A stretch of DNA of 64,000 nucleotides from Setoptus koraiensis (lineage: Eukaryota; Animalia; Arthropoda). The notes beneath the pieces are model-generated. The model did not search any database. It was not told the DNA's origin and worked only from the letters and a program-made list of their open reading frames with translations. The translations under genes were made by a program, and so were the position numbers. Below are positions 1-11,341 of this stretch, in pieces. Numbering within the stretch: position 1 is the first letter of the stretch; each line of letters opens with the position of its first letter. Location: assembly GCA_048013815.1 (NCBI GenBank), contig CM106585.1, forward strand, positions 19,654,001-19,718,000. The letters run 5' to 3'.

Positions 1-370
1 TGCAACCGATCGAGCACAACAGTTGATTAGTGACAATTAGTGTCACAACCAATTGAGATTGCTGTGGCTAGCATCGATCAACGATTATGCCACTATCAAT
101 CAATAATGATCAACTGATTGCGTTACCGGTGCAAAGTACATTATATATTATATCATCATTATGCTCTCTCAGCCATTGACAGTGCCAGTAGCTAATAAAT
201 AATCATAATAAGATCATTAGATCACGGCCATCAATCAAACAATCACATCAAACCGACACTTATCAGCAAGTCGCAAGCTTCCACTTAAACCAAATGCCAA
301 TTTCCTGAAACTAAACCAACGGAAGCAACATACAACCTAATGATGATACAAACCCGCAAACGCAAGCCAA

Positions 371-433
371 TATATTGTATATTATATTGTATATCATATT
401 GTATATTATATTGTATATTATATTGTATATTAT
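371..433. repeat. AT-rich 12-bp tandem repeat (TATTGTATATTA)n, about 5 copies
   Basis: Read directly; the minus-strand ORF shows it as NIQY x5. Confidence 0.85.
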
Positions 434-845
434 ACCACAGCAAATTGCTTTCATTGGCGGCTGATATACTTTGCAGAAAAAGTTCGCAAGTTTCTGTGAA
501 AATCACATATACTGTGCGCAGTATATTGGCATCCAATATGACGATTAACATTCACATTTATATTCGAAATGTGGAGATATGAATTGCAGAAATGCGTGCG
601 CCTAAACTAGTGTCGATCGGACACACCTTCATGCGCTTTTTGTGCAAACTGATCGATTGTTTGGACGGATGTGTTTGTGATTAAAAGCATATATAAGCTC
701 ATTTCTTATTTATCGACAGCTAAGCAGGCGAGCCGTGACACTCAACTGTGGCACCAACTGGCCCAATGGCACATTCAAATCTAAATCAATTGAAGCACTT
801 ATACGGATTTTGCAAAATGGGTTATTATATTTTTTTGCTTCGAAG

Positions 846-1071
846 CTTTGCCCAGCCGACTCCAGATGTCGTTCGAAGTACTTCAAAATTGCCTGCCGAA
901 GCACTGAACTTTTGGCATCAACTTGAGTTCCAATTCGGAACTTCCAAAGAATATCATCAAGCGAAGATATTGGAAAGAGAAAGAAAGCAATCGATTGTCG
1001 GCACAACCGCAACAGTCATGCCAACAGCGTCACGCCTGAAACGAAGCCATCGAAGGGCAACAAATAAATAA
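846..1071 (+). CDS. Possible terminal coding exon of an upstream gene outside the window (product unrecognised)
   Basis: Polypyrimidine tract plus AG at 844-845; open frame FAQPTPDVV...RRATNK to TAA at 1069-1071, overlapped by repeated AATAAA at about 1063-1078. No family recognised, and a competing minus-strand ORF (710-1012) covers the same DNA. Confidence 0.2.
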
Positions 1072-3511
1072 ATAAATACCGAATAATAATATTAATTAAT
1101 ATGTGGCATGATGTACATGATCTGCAGCAAGCGTAATCTGCAAGCAATCGCGTTAATCCCGTCAAGTGACTCGCCAAGCAACTCGCCGAGTGATTCGCGG
1201 ATCAGCGTTGTTTTGATTGACAAAGTCACCACAAGTCAGTGATTTGTCAGTGCAGTCATGTGGCAAGGTCATGCGCCCCAATGTGTTAATTAATACTGTT
1301 AATTTGCCCGGCGAGAATGGGCTGGCTAGACGGGGCGCTGGCTGCCCTGGCAAGCGTCAGTGTGGCCGGCCTGCGACCATTGCTGGCCCGATTGTTCGCG
1401 TTGTTTGTGTTGTTTGGACTGTTGTGATTTGTTGGCACAGGTGAGCCGAGGTGGTGATTTGGTGCGTCAAAGTCGGGAGAGTTATTGTTGTCATTACCAT
1501 GAATGTCAATTGTTGAATGCGACCAAGTGTGGGCGCGTTGGCGATGAATTGTCGGCGCGTTGCGTGCGTTTATTTTCATTATTTTCAAAATTGATTGGCG
1601 CCGCGCCGGGCGCCCATCGGTGAGCGGCGAGGCCAGCGCCGCCGGACAGCCCGACAGCCCGACAGCCCGACAGCCAAACAACACTAAAACGGCTCATGTT
1701 TGCAAATAAACAAATCTGAAAATGTGTAAATGAACAGCAACAAACAAAGCGAACAACAAACAGATGAGTCACACGGCGATATTTGGCTGCATATTTGACT
1801 GGATATTTGACTGGATGTTTGACTGGATGGAGTGCAGTGCGAGACGCATTATTGTGTTATTGTTTGGCCGCGGCGAGCGCCGGCAAATGAACGATGACCA
1901 GACCTATAAATTAAGTGTCACATTAATCACTTGCCGCGGTTATTAATCAAGAGCAAACAGAGAGCGAGGGCCATTGAGAGAAATAATAAACGCGAATGGC
2001 ATTTTCTCACACATCACGCCTCATGTGCAACTCGGCGTCGTTACGCAACGCACTCGCGCAATTTGTTTGCTCGGGCTGACCGCGGCCCGACTGCGCCCGG
2101 CCGGCCAATGGTCGCGCTGGCGCAAATGGTGCTCGCCGCGGCCTCAAGTGGTCGCAGCCCGACAGCTGAATGGCTGCGCTGGCGGGCCCCCCGATTGGCC
2201 GCTGTTGCCGGTGCGGCGTCGCTCGTTATGGCCGCGTCTCGCTTATGGCCGCGTCTCGCAATGGCCGGACGGGGCGCGGAGTGGCGGCCGGCAGCGCGAG
2301 CTCACGGGCGAGCTCGGGCGTCGTGTCATGCGATACAACGGCAAGTTTGTGCGACGTGCCCGAGCGGCCACAGCGGCCCGAACGACCGGCAACAACTGCT
2401 GATTGTTGTTGCCATTGTTGTGATTTTATTGCCAGCGGTGGCCATTATCACTGTCACTGTTGTCGCTGTTACGGCCGGTCAGTGGTCGGTGTCCAGCGGC
2501 GGGCACACCCTCGCTTCCTCTGCGAACGGCGAGCGGCGAGCGGTGAGCGGCCAAGGGAGACGGACGACTTTTACACCTGATACACTCATTACGACACGCT
2601 CGCTGCGAGACTCATTACGAGACTCGTTACGCAACTCGCATTACGAGGCTCGTTGCGATGCTCGCATTACGACGCGCTCATTGCGACACCCTCATCAGCG
2701 AGCGGCTCGTGCTGTCCGCCGGGCCGGCCCGCGAACGAGCGACGCCACGTGTGGTCCGGGCGTCGGCGCGGTTGTTGCGTCATCTGTTGCTCCCGTCGAC
2801 TCGGCACTCTCGACTCGACAGTGTCGAGGCTCCAGTTGACGCCGACTAGCGGCCGCACCGCAATTCACATTCGCAACTCACAAGACGGCGCACGGGGCGC
2901 AGCACGCGCTGTTTTGCGGAAAAACTTTTGCCCGACACCAAAACTTTTGCCCGACAGCGAAACGACGCTGGCCCGCATTGGAGCGCGGCATTGTTGTGTG
3001 GTGGTCGTCGGATGTGGTCGCCATTGTTTCGCCCATCGATTGTCTCGCGTCCGACGCGATAATTTGCGCTCGACAACAGGCGATAGACGGCGCGCACTCG
3101 ACAAACGACCGCAAACTGGCCAGCGCAAACGAAGCCAATCGAAGCGCTTCGATTGGCGAATCCGAGGCGAATTTGCCGGACGCCAATTTGCATTTGCGCC
3201 GAAAGTGGTGCCGAAAGTGGCGCTGGTGTCGCTCGAGGGTGTCGTTAAACGATCAAACGAGAGGAGCGAGCTCACATTTGGCAGCCATTTATGCAAAGTC
3301 ACACTGTTTGGTTGTTGCTGTTGGTTGTTGCTGTTTACGAACAGTTGTAAATAGTTGTCAATGGCGCAACAGGGCAAATAGAAGCCAAATCGAATCTGTT
3401 CCGACGAGCGCAATAAACAAACAAACCATCGTCTCGTCGGGCCACGCCGAGCAAACAATGATGATAATACGTCAACTGGAGTGACCCCCGCTGACGCGCT
3501 ACAAGCGCTCA

Positions 3512-3601
3512 CATTAGCGGCCATCGGCGGGCATCGGCGGGCATCGGCGGGCATCGGCGGACATCGGCGGATATCAGCGGATTTCGGTGGGCATTAGTGG
3601 A
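3512..3601. repeat. 10-bp tandem array, unit about CATCGGCGG(G/A), 9 copies
   Basis: Units start at 3512, 3522 ... 3592. Confidence 0.9.
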
Positions 3602-4440
3602 TATTAGTCGAGCAGTCGATATCCACGACCGATATCCACTAATGTGTGACGCACGGTGGTGGCCAAGATCGCAGCGGCCACGAATAGCCGCCAGCAGCCG
3701 TGAATAGCCGCCTATGAATAGCACAAACAGATTTGTTTATCATCATTGTTTGCTGTTGTTGGCGCACAACAGCGACACTGATTCCACCAGGTGAGCCCAT
3801 TGCGACTTGACCCACAGCCGAGTCCGCTCGCCCCGTCGTTGCTGTTGCTGTCGTTGTTGTTGCCGTCGTTGTTGCCCTTGTTGTGTCGCCGGCGACGCCG
3901 CGCCGCGTTTCCTGTTTGCGCTCGCATTTCGGCACGTCTTCGGCGCTGGCCGCTCCGGCGTCCACTTTTCTTCATCTTGACCACCGACGCGTCCATCGCA
4001 AGCCAACGCTCGGCGGCTCTCTGGTGCGGCGCTCGCCCGCGCCGCCTGGCCGTGCCCGACGACGATCGAGAACGGCGACTTGTGTCCGCGGAGTCCATTC
4101 AACTGGCCGCATCGACCGGCCGCATCAACTGGTGGCCGACTGCGCTAAAACCGGCGTCCGATTGCGCTCGCAACTGGCCGCGCACAGGGGGCCCTCGCCT
4201 AGAGGGACCACATCCGCTTCTCGTCTGTTTTATTGCATGTTAGTGGCCGCTTGGCGCGTTCGTGTGCCCCTGTCCGTCGCGCACTGTTGGCCGCAAGTTG
4301 CGGCGAGATTGCCCGCGATGCGCCGACGCTTGTAATGTGATTACAGCCTGTAATTTACTGTAAATTATTTGCGGGCGTCACAGTGATGGGCGAAACGAGA
4401 GTGAAATCTGGCTATATCCGCCCGAATCCGGCCACATATC

Positions 4441-4520
4441 TGGCGGTGTACGGCGGTGTCCGGCGATGTCCGCAGATATCCGCAGATATCCGCAGACATC
4501 CGCAGATATCCGCAGATATA
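4441..4520. repeat. 10-bp tandem array, unit about CGCAGATATC, 8 copies
   Basis: Read directly; the unit is the near reverse complement of the 3512-3601 unit. Confidence 0.9.
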
Positions 4521-4984
4521 TGGCGAGCGTCACGAGCGTTGGCCGGCCGGCTGGCTGCGGGCTGCCAATGTCGCAGTTTCGCGAGTTGTGTCTGGCGAGT
4601 TGCGCCCGGACGGAGTGCGCACCTCCGACCGGCAGCCGCCGATAGATCGGATTGTGTGCCGGGCCGGAGTCGGGCCGGATCAGGGCCGACAATGCTCTGC
4701 TGGCAACGTGCTGGCCGGCTGGCCAACTGGACCATTGATGCCGAATCGATTCGCCGGCTCGGGCCGCCAGTCGGCGTTGTTTTACGAGCCGTCGTTAGCG
4801 TTGGCTGTTCGCTCGACATGCTCGCTTTATCCGGCTTTATCCGCGTTCTCACAACTGGCCGCTCGCAGCCTGTGAGAATCGCTGGCAACAAGATCGCTGG
4901 CGACAACACGACAATGTGGGGCCAGTTGTAAAATGGTGAAACGATTGTGAAACGATGACACTGCAAACTGGCGGCGCTGTTAAA

Positions 4985-5055
4985 TGATATCGCTGTCGAA
5001 TGATATCGCTGTCGAATGATATCGCTGCGGAATGATAACGCCGTAGAATGATAAA
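4985..5055. repeat. 15-16-bp tandem array (AATGATATCGCTGTCG-like), about 5 copies, decaying 3'
   Basis: Read directly. Confidence 0.8.
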
Positions 5056-8000
5056 ATGCCCGCAACGGAGTCGCTCCATGTTACAATTCATTCGCGAACT
5101 GACCACTTTGGCCACCAGCAATTAGTGTCCGCGTGCGATTATCGCCGACCGGCTAATTGCCGGATCGGCGCGATCGTTGCTATCGCTGCGGCCGGCAACG
5201 ACGGGCCGCAACAATCGCAACAACCGAGCGGCGGCAACGGGCGCTTTTTTGCAGCGACCAGCCGCGAGCGGACAATGTAGATAGTGCGAGGCGGAGCGGA
5301 TTTGCGGCGAGCAACAGGCGCGCGGCCAGTCGAGCCGCCGGTTCGTTAACCCGTGGCGGCCACTCAGCGACCGGCCATTTCCGATCGGAAGTCGGCTTGT
5401 TGTGGGCCGTTAGCTGGTCGAGTTGCACATTTCGCTTGCGAGCAACGGGCCGCCGCCGGACAAAGAGTTGCCCCTCGCCTGGTCCGGTTGCTCGCCCTTT
5501 CGTGCGCTTTGTTGGGCCCGCTGGGTTGTTGGCTCGTCGGGTTGCCGGGTTGCTCTGTTGTCGCGGGCGCGCCATTGGGCCCGGCGTGCGCCAGCAGCAG
5601 CCCAACTTGAGCACAATCGATGCACAGTTCACGGTCGCAAATTTTTCTCAATGGTCGCCCGTGCTGGTCAATGACCGGCCGCCGGTGCCAGTGACACTAG
5701 CCACTGACAGGGCCACTGACAGGGCCCGCTATTGGGCAGCTATTTGACAGCGCCGCCGCCGCTGCCGCGTTGCAGTATGACAGCGCTCAGCTGACAGTGT
5801 CGAGTGCGACGGTATTGCCGCCAGCAGCGCCGCTGAACAGTATGAAAGTGCCAGTTACTCGAGTAACGGTGCTGTCATTATTGATTCAAAACAGCGTGCG
5901 TGTGTGTGTTTGCGTGGGTTCATTCAACTCTGGCCCGTTCGTCGGTGATCCGCTGCCGTAATCTGTTTGTAATCAAGTACGGCTGCCCAGAGGCGCCAGC
6001 AACAACAACACCAACACCGACGACAACAACACCAACGACAGCAGCAACAGGAACAACAACAACAACGACAGCAACAACGACGGCGACAACAACGACAACT
6101 CATCTGCACGGGCCGCGCAGCAAAAGTGCCAGCACGCGGCGGCCTCACATCCGAGACGGACATGCCAGCGCATCGCACTCGCACGCGGGCCCCCCGACTC
6201 TTACGTCTCTGAAACGGCCCACACCCGACTGCGCCCTCAACTGCGCCCGCGACCGCCCTCCAGCGCGCCGGCCCGTCAAGTTGACGGCGTCAACCGGCCC
6301 CACGGGCTGATGGGCGCCGTGTAGTTGGTGGCACTGGCCACCATGAGGTGCCCGCGCCGGCCCGACGAGTGACACAATCGCGGGCTAACTCGTTCAACTG
6401 CAGCGGCTCGCTCTTTCGCAACAGCAGCGCCAACAACAACCAAAACAGCAACTAGAACAGCGACCAAAACAGCCACTAAAACAGCCACCGAAACAGCGAC
6501 AACAACAACCGAAACAACAACCAAAGCAGCGTCAGCACGGGCGGCAGCGAGCGCCGACGAACCGGCGGCAAAGCGATCGCACAACAACAAGCACCAGTTG
6601 TTATGTCACCTGCCCGTCAGTTGGCGCCGGTGGCGTTCACTGGTAGCATGTGCCGCGGCCGATGAACTGCCCGCGACAGCGCCCGCTAGTGGTGCCCGCG
6701 ACAGCGCCAGTGCTCGAGCCGACACTGTCGCTACCGCTAGTGGTGCCCGCTCACAGACAGTTGTGCCCGTGGGCCCGCGTTGGGGCCCCGCCGCCTGTTA
6801 CAGGCGGCCTGTTGACTCAGCAGCGTCGGCGCGACTGTGCCGGTCGGACTGTGCGGGTTCGACCGTGCTGGCTGTAGCGGGTTGGGGAGCCGCACGGGCG
6901 CACTGCGGGCCGCGACTGCGAGGCCCCTGTCGGTGGCGAATTGCGAGCGCCGGCCCAAGTCAATGACCAGCGTGTTTGCACATGTTAATGGGCACAATAC
7001 GGGCATATGTTGCGAGCATGGGCCCGTTACAAACGATAATTTGTTAGCCGAGTAACGGGTCGATGGCCCCGCTGCGAGCGGCCGTTGGGCCGGTTGGGCA
7101 ACACTGCCGACCGCTGTCATTGCGCCGGCCGCTGTGACTGGGCCGGCTTGGATGTTGCACTATTATCGAGGCTATTATCGCTGGCACGAGCGCATAACGG
7201 GCCGATCAGTTTGGTCAGCGGCCGCAGCGCAAACGAGCAAATGTCAGCTCGGGTGTTTGCGCGCACGGAGCACGCCAGCGGGCCGGCCCGAACAGTTGTG
7301 GCGCCGTCGCGACCCGCGTGTTTGCATACGCGCATTAATGTAGCCGCGCCAGAATGCGGCCCGCATTTAGCCCGGCATGCGAGCGCGCTGGCAAACATAT
7401 CAATACACACGCAAATATCGAGCCTGTCGTCGGTCGCTTGCGTCGCCTCCAAACCCATCAAGTGGCGCCCCTATGTGCGAGAGCACGCATCGCGAGCGTC
7501 GCGCCTCGAGTGAGTCGCCGCGGCCGGCGGCCAGTCGAGAAGCCGAGAATGGTCGACATATGCCACCACGCGGCGCCCACAGCGGATCCCCGACAACGCG
7601 AATCCATATCCACAGCCCTGTCCGCAGCCCTGTCCGCAGCAGATCCCTATCGGACGAAGCTGGGGCCCTCTATCATCCGGCTCCGGCGTAATCTTGGCTA
7701 ATCTAGACTAATCTGGGCAACGCTCGGTGCAGCATGCCGGCACAGTGGCGCAGGCCGCGCCAAAGCGACAATCGCAAACGATTGTCATCAAATGATTGCG
7801 AGCAAATGAATGGCCGATGAGCGCAGATTGTGATTTTATCTTTGGATTTATCCATTATTCACACGATGCGGCGATAAAGCGACCAAAGCAAAAAACTATA
7901 AACTGGCCACTGTCGCATACACGAGATATACCAACAAATAGCCTGTGTATGTTTGTGTGAGAACGGAAACTTTTATGCGTTTTTCGCCGGCCGAGTCGCC

Positions 8001-8800
8001 GGCCGAGTCGCTGCCCGAGTCGCCGGGCCGGCCAGACAGGCGACAACGATCAGATATAAGTGCAAAGAGAAATATCGCATCGCAAGCCATTAATAATAAT
8101 GTGGCAGCAACAGGTTTGCGCAAGCGGCCAATTGCGCGTTGAATTACTTAAAATGCGAGCCATAATGTGAGTTGTGGCGCTAGTAGTCATGTTGTTGTTT
8201 GTTGATGTCGTTGTTGACGTTGTTGCCGGTGCTGGCCATTATGTCATGGGCTGGACATAGCAGAGCAGTGACGCAACGAGGCTGGGTGCAAGCGGTGCGC
8301 CGGTGCACAGGTTGCGCACAGGAACAAACATTGTCGCGCCAACCAGGTAACTTAATTGATGCGCGAATCAATTATGGAGCGCCGAGCCCGGCAACTTGTT
8401 GCTCGCATTGTGCCAGCTCGCCATCGTTGACCGGCCCGCCGTTGTCGCCGCCGCACCAACAGGGTGGCGCTGCGGAGGTTCCCACACGATTGTGGCCGCG
8501 CTGAGCAAACACGCCGAGTCGCCAAAGCGCAATGGCGCAATGGCGCAAAGCCATCCGAAGCTGGTCAGAAATAAAAGTCAAGTGCCCAGCCGAAGGATCT
8601 GTGAATGGACGCTGCAGCGGGCATTGTTGTCGCTGTTGTGCGACAAACACTGTTGGATGCGCCGTGTCCACAATGACAACATTGTTGCTTCGGCCGCTGC
8701 GACGCGCCAACAGGTGAGTGCGCCAAATGTGCTCATCGCAGGCCACGGCTAATTAATTAGGCGCCCTGATTGAGCGTCATGGTCAGCCGTCGCCTTGCGC

Positions 8801-8890
8801 CATTGCTAGCCATTGCGAGCCATTGCCGACCATTGCGAGCCACTGCCAACCATTGCGAGCCACTGCCAACCATTGCGAGCCACTGCCGAC
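8801..8890. repeat. 10-bp tandem array CATTGCGAGC alternating with CA(C/T)TGCC(A/G)AC (20-bp higher-order), 9 units
   Basis: Units at exact 10-bp period from 8801. Confidence 0.9.
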
Positions 8891-9244
8891 AGTTGAAACA
8901 GTCGAAAACAGTCGGCCGACATTTTATATATTTATTATTCACGGCTGGCTTGGGAACAAAACAGCTGGCCGACATGACGTAACACTGGCGACAGGGCGCA
9001 ACAAGCTGCCAAATAAAACCAAACGTAAATAACGTCAAGCAAACACAACTAATGACGCTGGCGCTTGACGGGACAAATAACATGTGATGTCGATGAAGCT
9101 CGCTGCAGCATCAACAAATGAAACAGAATCAAAACTAACACCGGATTACGTAATTATCGAGGGCCGATAAATTATCGGCGATAATCGCGCCGAGTGTGTG
9201 GCAACATGGCGCTGTCATCTGTGCCAACTGTATCTGACAGCTAC

Positions 9245-9343
9245 TACTATTCACTCAATAGTATTCACTCAATAGTATTCACTCAATGGTATTCACTCGA
9301 TACTATTCACACAATACTATTCACTGGATAGTGAATAGTATTG
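9245..9343. repeat. 14-bp tandem array (TATTCAC core x6) ending in an inverted copy
   Basis: TATTCAC at 9248, 9262, 9276, 9290, 9304, 9318; perfect 14-bp stem 9312-9325/9330-9343. Confidence 0.9.
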
Positions 9344-11250
9344 AGGCAGCACAATAATGAACAATGTTGGCATTGATGAAAATGCGCTTGCGTAATGCAA
9401 GTAATTGCATTGCGTCACAACTGCACTCGGCAGGCCTGAATGGCGTCCGAACGAAAATGCAAATTGCGAAAAGCAAAACGCGAACAACAAGTTCAAGTTC
9501 AATGTCAATAATGCAACAGGTGACAGCGCGCTTGTGTGTGTGTCGACTGGACGCCGTTGAGCAACTGGAGCAACTCCGTTCGACTGGCTCAATTTGCATA
9601 CTAACACTGACAATGGCTGCCCATTCAGGCCCCATCTCACGCACGCCTCTCACCTGACGCTCAGGTGACCTGAGCGATCTCGTTTGTGCGTCGGCTCGCC
9701 GAGCGGCCACCCGAACGAGCGGCCGACCGGCCGGTGAGCCGATAATTGGCCGCTGATCGACAGGCGAAATGGGCCGAGCAAACCGAGCGAGCCGCCAACT
9801 GGCACCATTGACAATTGAGAGTCGACCTCAATTGGCAGCATCACCTTGATCACGCCAAGCTGGTCACGCGCAACAATTGCGCAACCATGTCAATCGCCGC
9901 CAACGCGATTTGACTTGTGAGCGATTCAGCCGAGTCGAGGTCGTGCGACCGGCTCGAGCTGGCCGCACTCTGGCCAGTGGAGCGTCGACGCTTCGCTTGG
10001 CCGAGCGAGCGCCAACAATATTTCCACTTGTCCACAATGGCACTAAATCGATCAAATTTACTGGGTGCCGTATGCGCGGCGAGCATCACGGCGGCGAATC
10101 TCCAAGAATCTCGCAATAGGCAATCTACATTGTAGAATGCACATAGTAGAATCGGCATTGTAGAATGCGCATTGTGGAATCTCCGAGAATTTCCAATTTC
10201 TGAATGGTTCGAGCCATCGTTTGATTTGTGAATGATTCAGCAGTGTCGAGGTCGTGCGACGGCACCGAGCGATCCGAAGCGACGGCCCGACCCGATTCAG
10301 TTCACCAACCCGCGTCGCAGCGACAATGACGACGGGCCGACATATGACTCATGTGATCATCATATCACCATTGTGATATGAGGGCTCGCACGGTCCACGC
10401 GACACGGGGCTGGCGGTGGCGACCGTGAGCGACAAATATTAATTAATCGACGCAATCACGGCAATCGGTCGAACCGTTTGACTCGAACGTGCATGTCGGC
10501 GCGACGCATCACGCCGGCGGCGCATGCGATCAAACGCGGCCGGACGCGGCCGGACGCGAGCTCGGTCAGCTAGCGAGCGCCCGCTCCTGGCCGCAGTTAC
10601 TGCAGCGTGGGCACCTCACTGCAATCCACACGGCAGTGCGGACACTGCAGTGCGGACACTGCAGATTGCGCAGTACGCAGAGACCGGGTCGAGCCAAAAA
10701 CACAAATTATCTCGGAGTTGTGGCCGTTGAGACGGCCGAGACAGATAAATTATTATCAATGATAATCTCAGATTATCCGCTGGTGCGCTCAACTGACACA
10801 GTCGTTCTGCAAGGCCCATTCATGGCCCCGATTCACAGACCGATCGGGTGCACGAATGGCCGCTGTTGGTGCAGCGGCGGCGACCGCGACGGCCCGACAG
10901 CCATATGTCAGCGGCAGCAAATTTGAATGGCCGGTTGTTTTTTGCTGTTGGCCGTCGGCGAATGGCCGTTCGCGAATCGCTCATGTTGCAGGGAGTCGCT
11001 CGTGTTGCAACGAGCCGACAATAATTGACAATAATTTTTTGTCTCGTCGCTGTTGCGCCAACCGGCGACCGGCGAGCGACAGCAACAACGACAGCGACGA
11101 CAACGACGACGACGACAGCGACGACATCAACGAGCCACACTCTGGGCACGGGCCGGCGACAAACGAGCGCAAATGCGCACCACAGTGAACCGAATTATCG
11201 CGATGATGGCCGGTCTTTGCGCGGTCTGCCATTCGCACTTGCCGTCCGCC

Positions 11251-11341
11251 GTCCGGCCCGTCCGCAAACGGGCCGCTCCGCAAACGGGCCGCTCCGCAAA
11301 CGAGCCGCTGCGCCGACTGGCCGCCCCGCAAACGGGCCGCT
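11251..11341. repeat. 15-bp GC-rich array (CCGCAAACGGGCCGC), about 5 units, some diverged
   Basis: Read directly. Confidence 0.8.

Noticed and set aside
4846-4878. Inverted pair of Su(H) sites TTCTCACA-N17-TGTGAGAA
   Set aside because: The spacing fits a Su(H) paired site but the orientation is the opposite of the canonical GTGGGAA...TTCCCAC arrangement; single YGTGRGAA sites are not above chance in this window.
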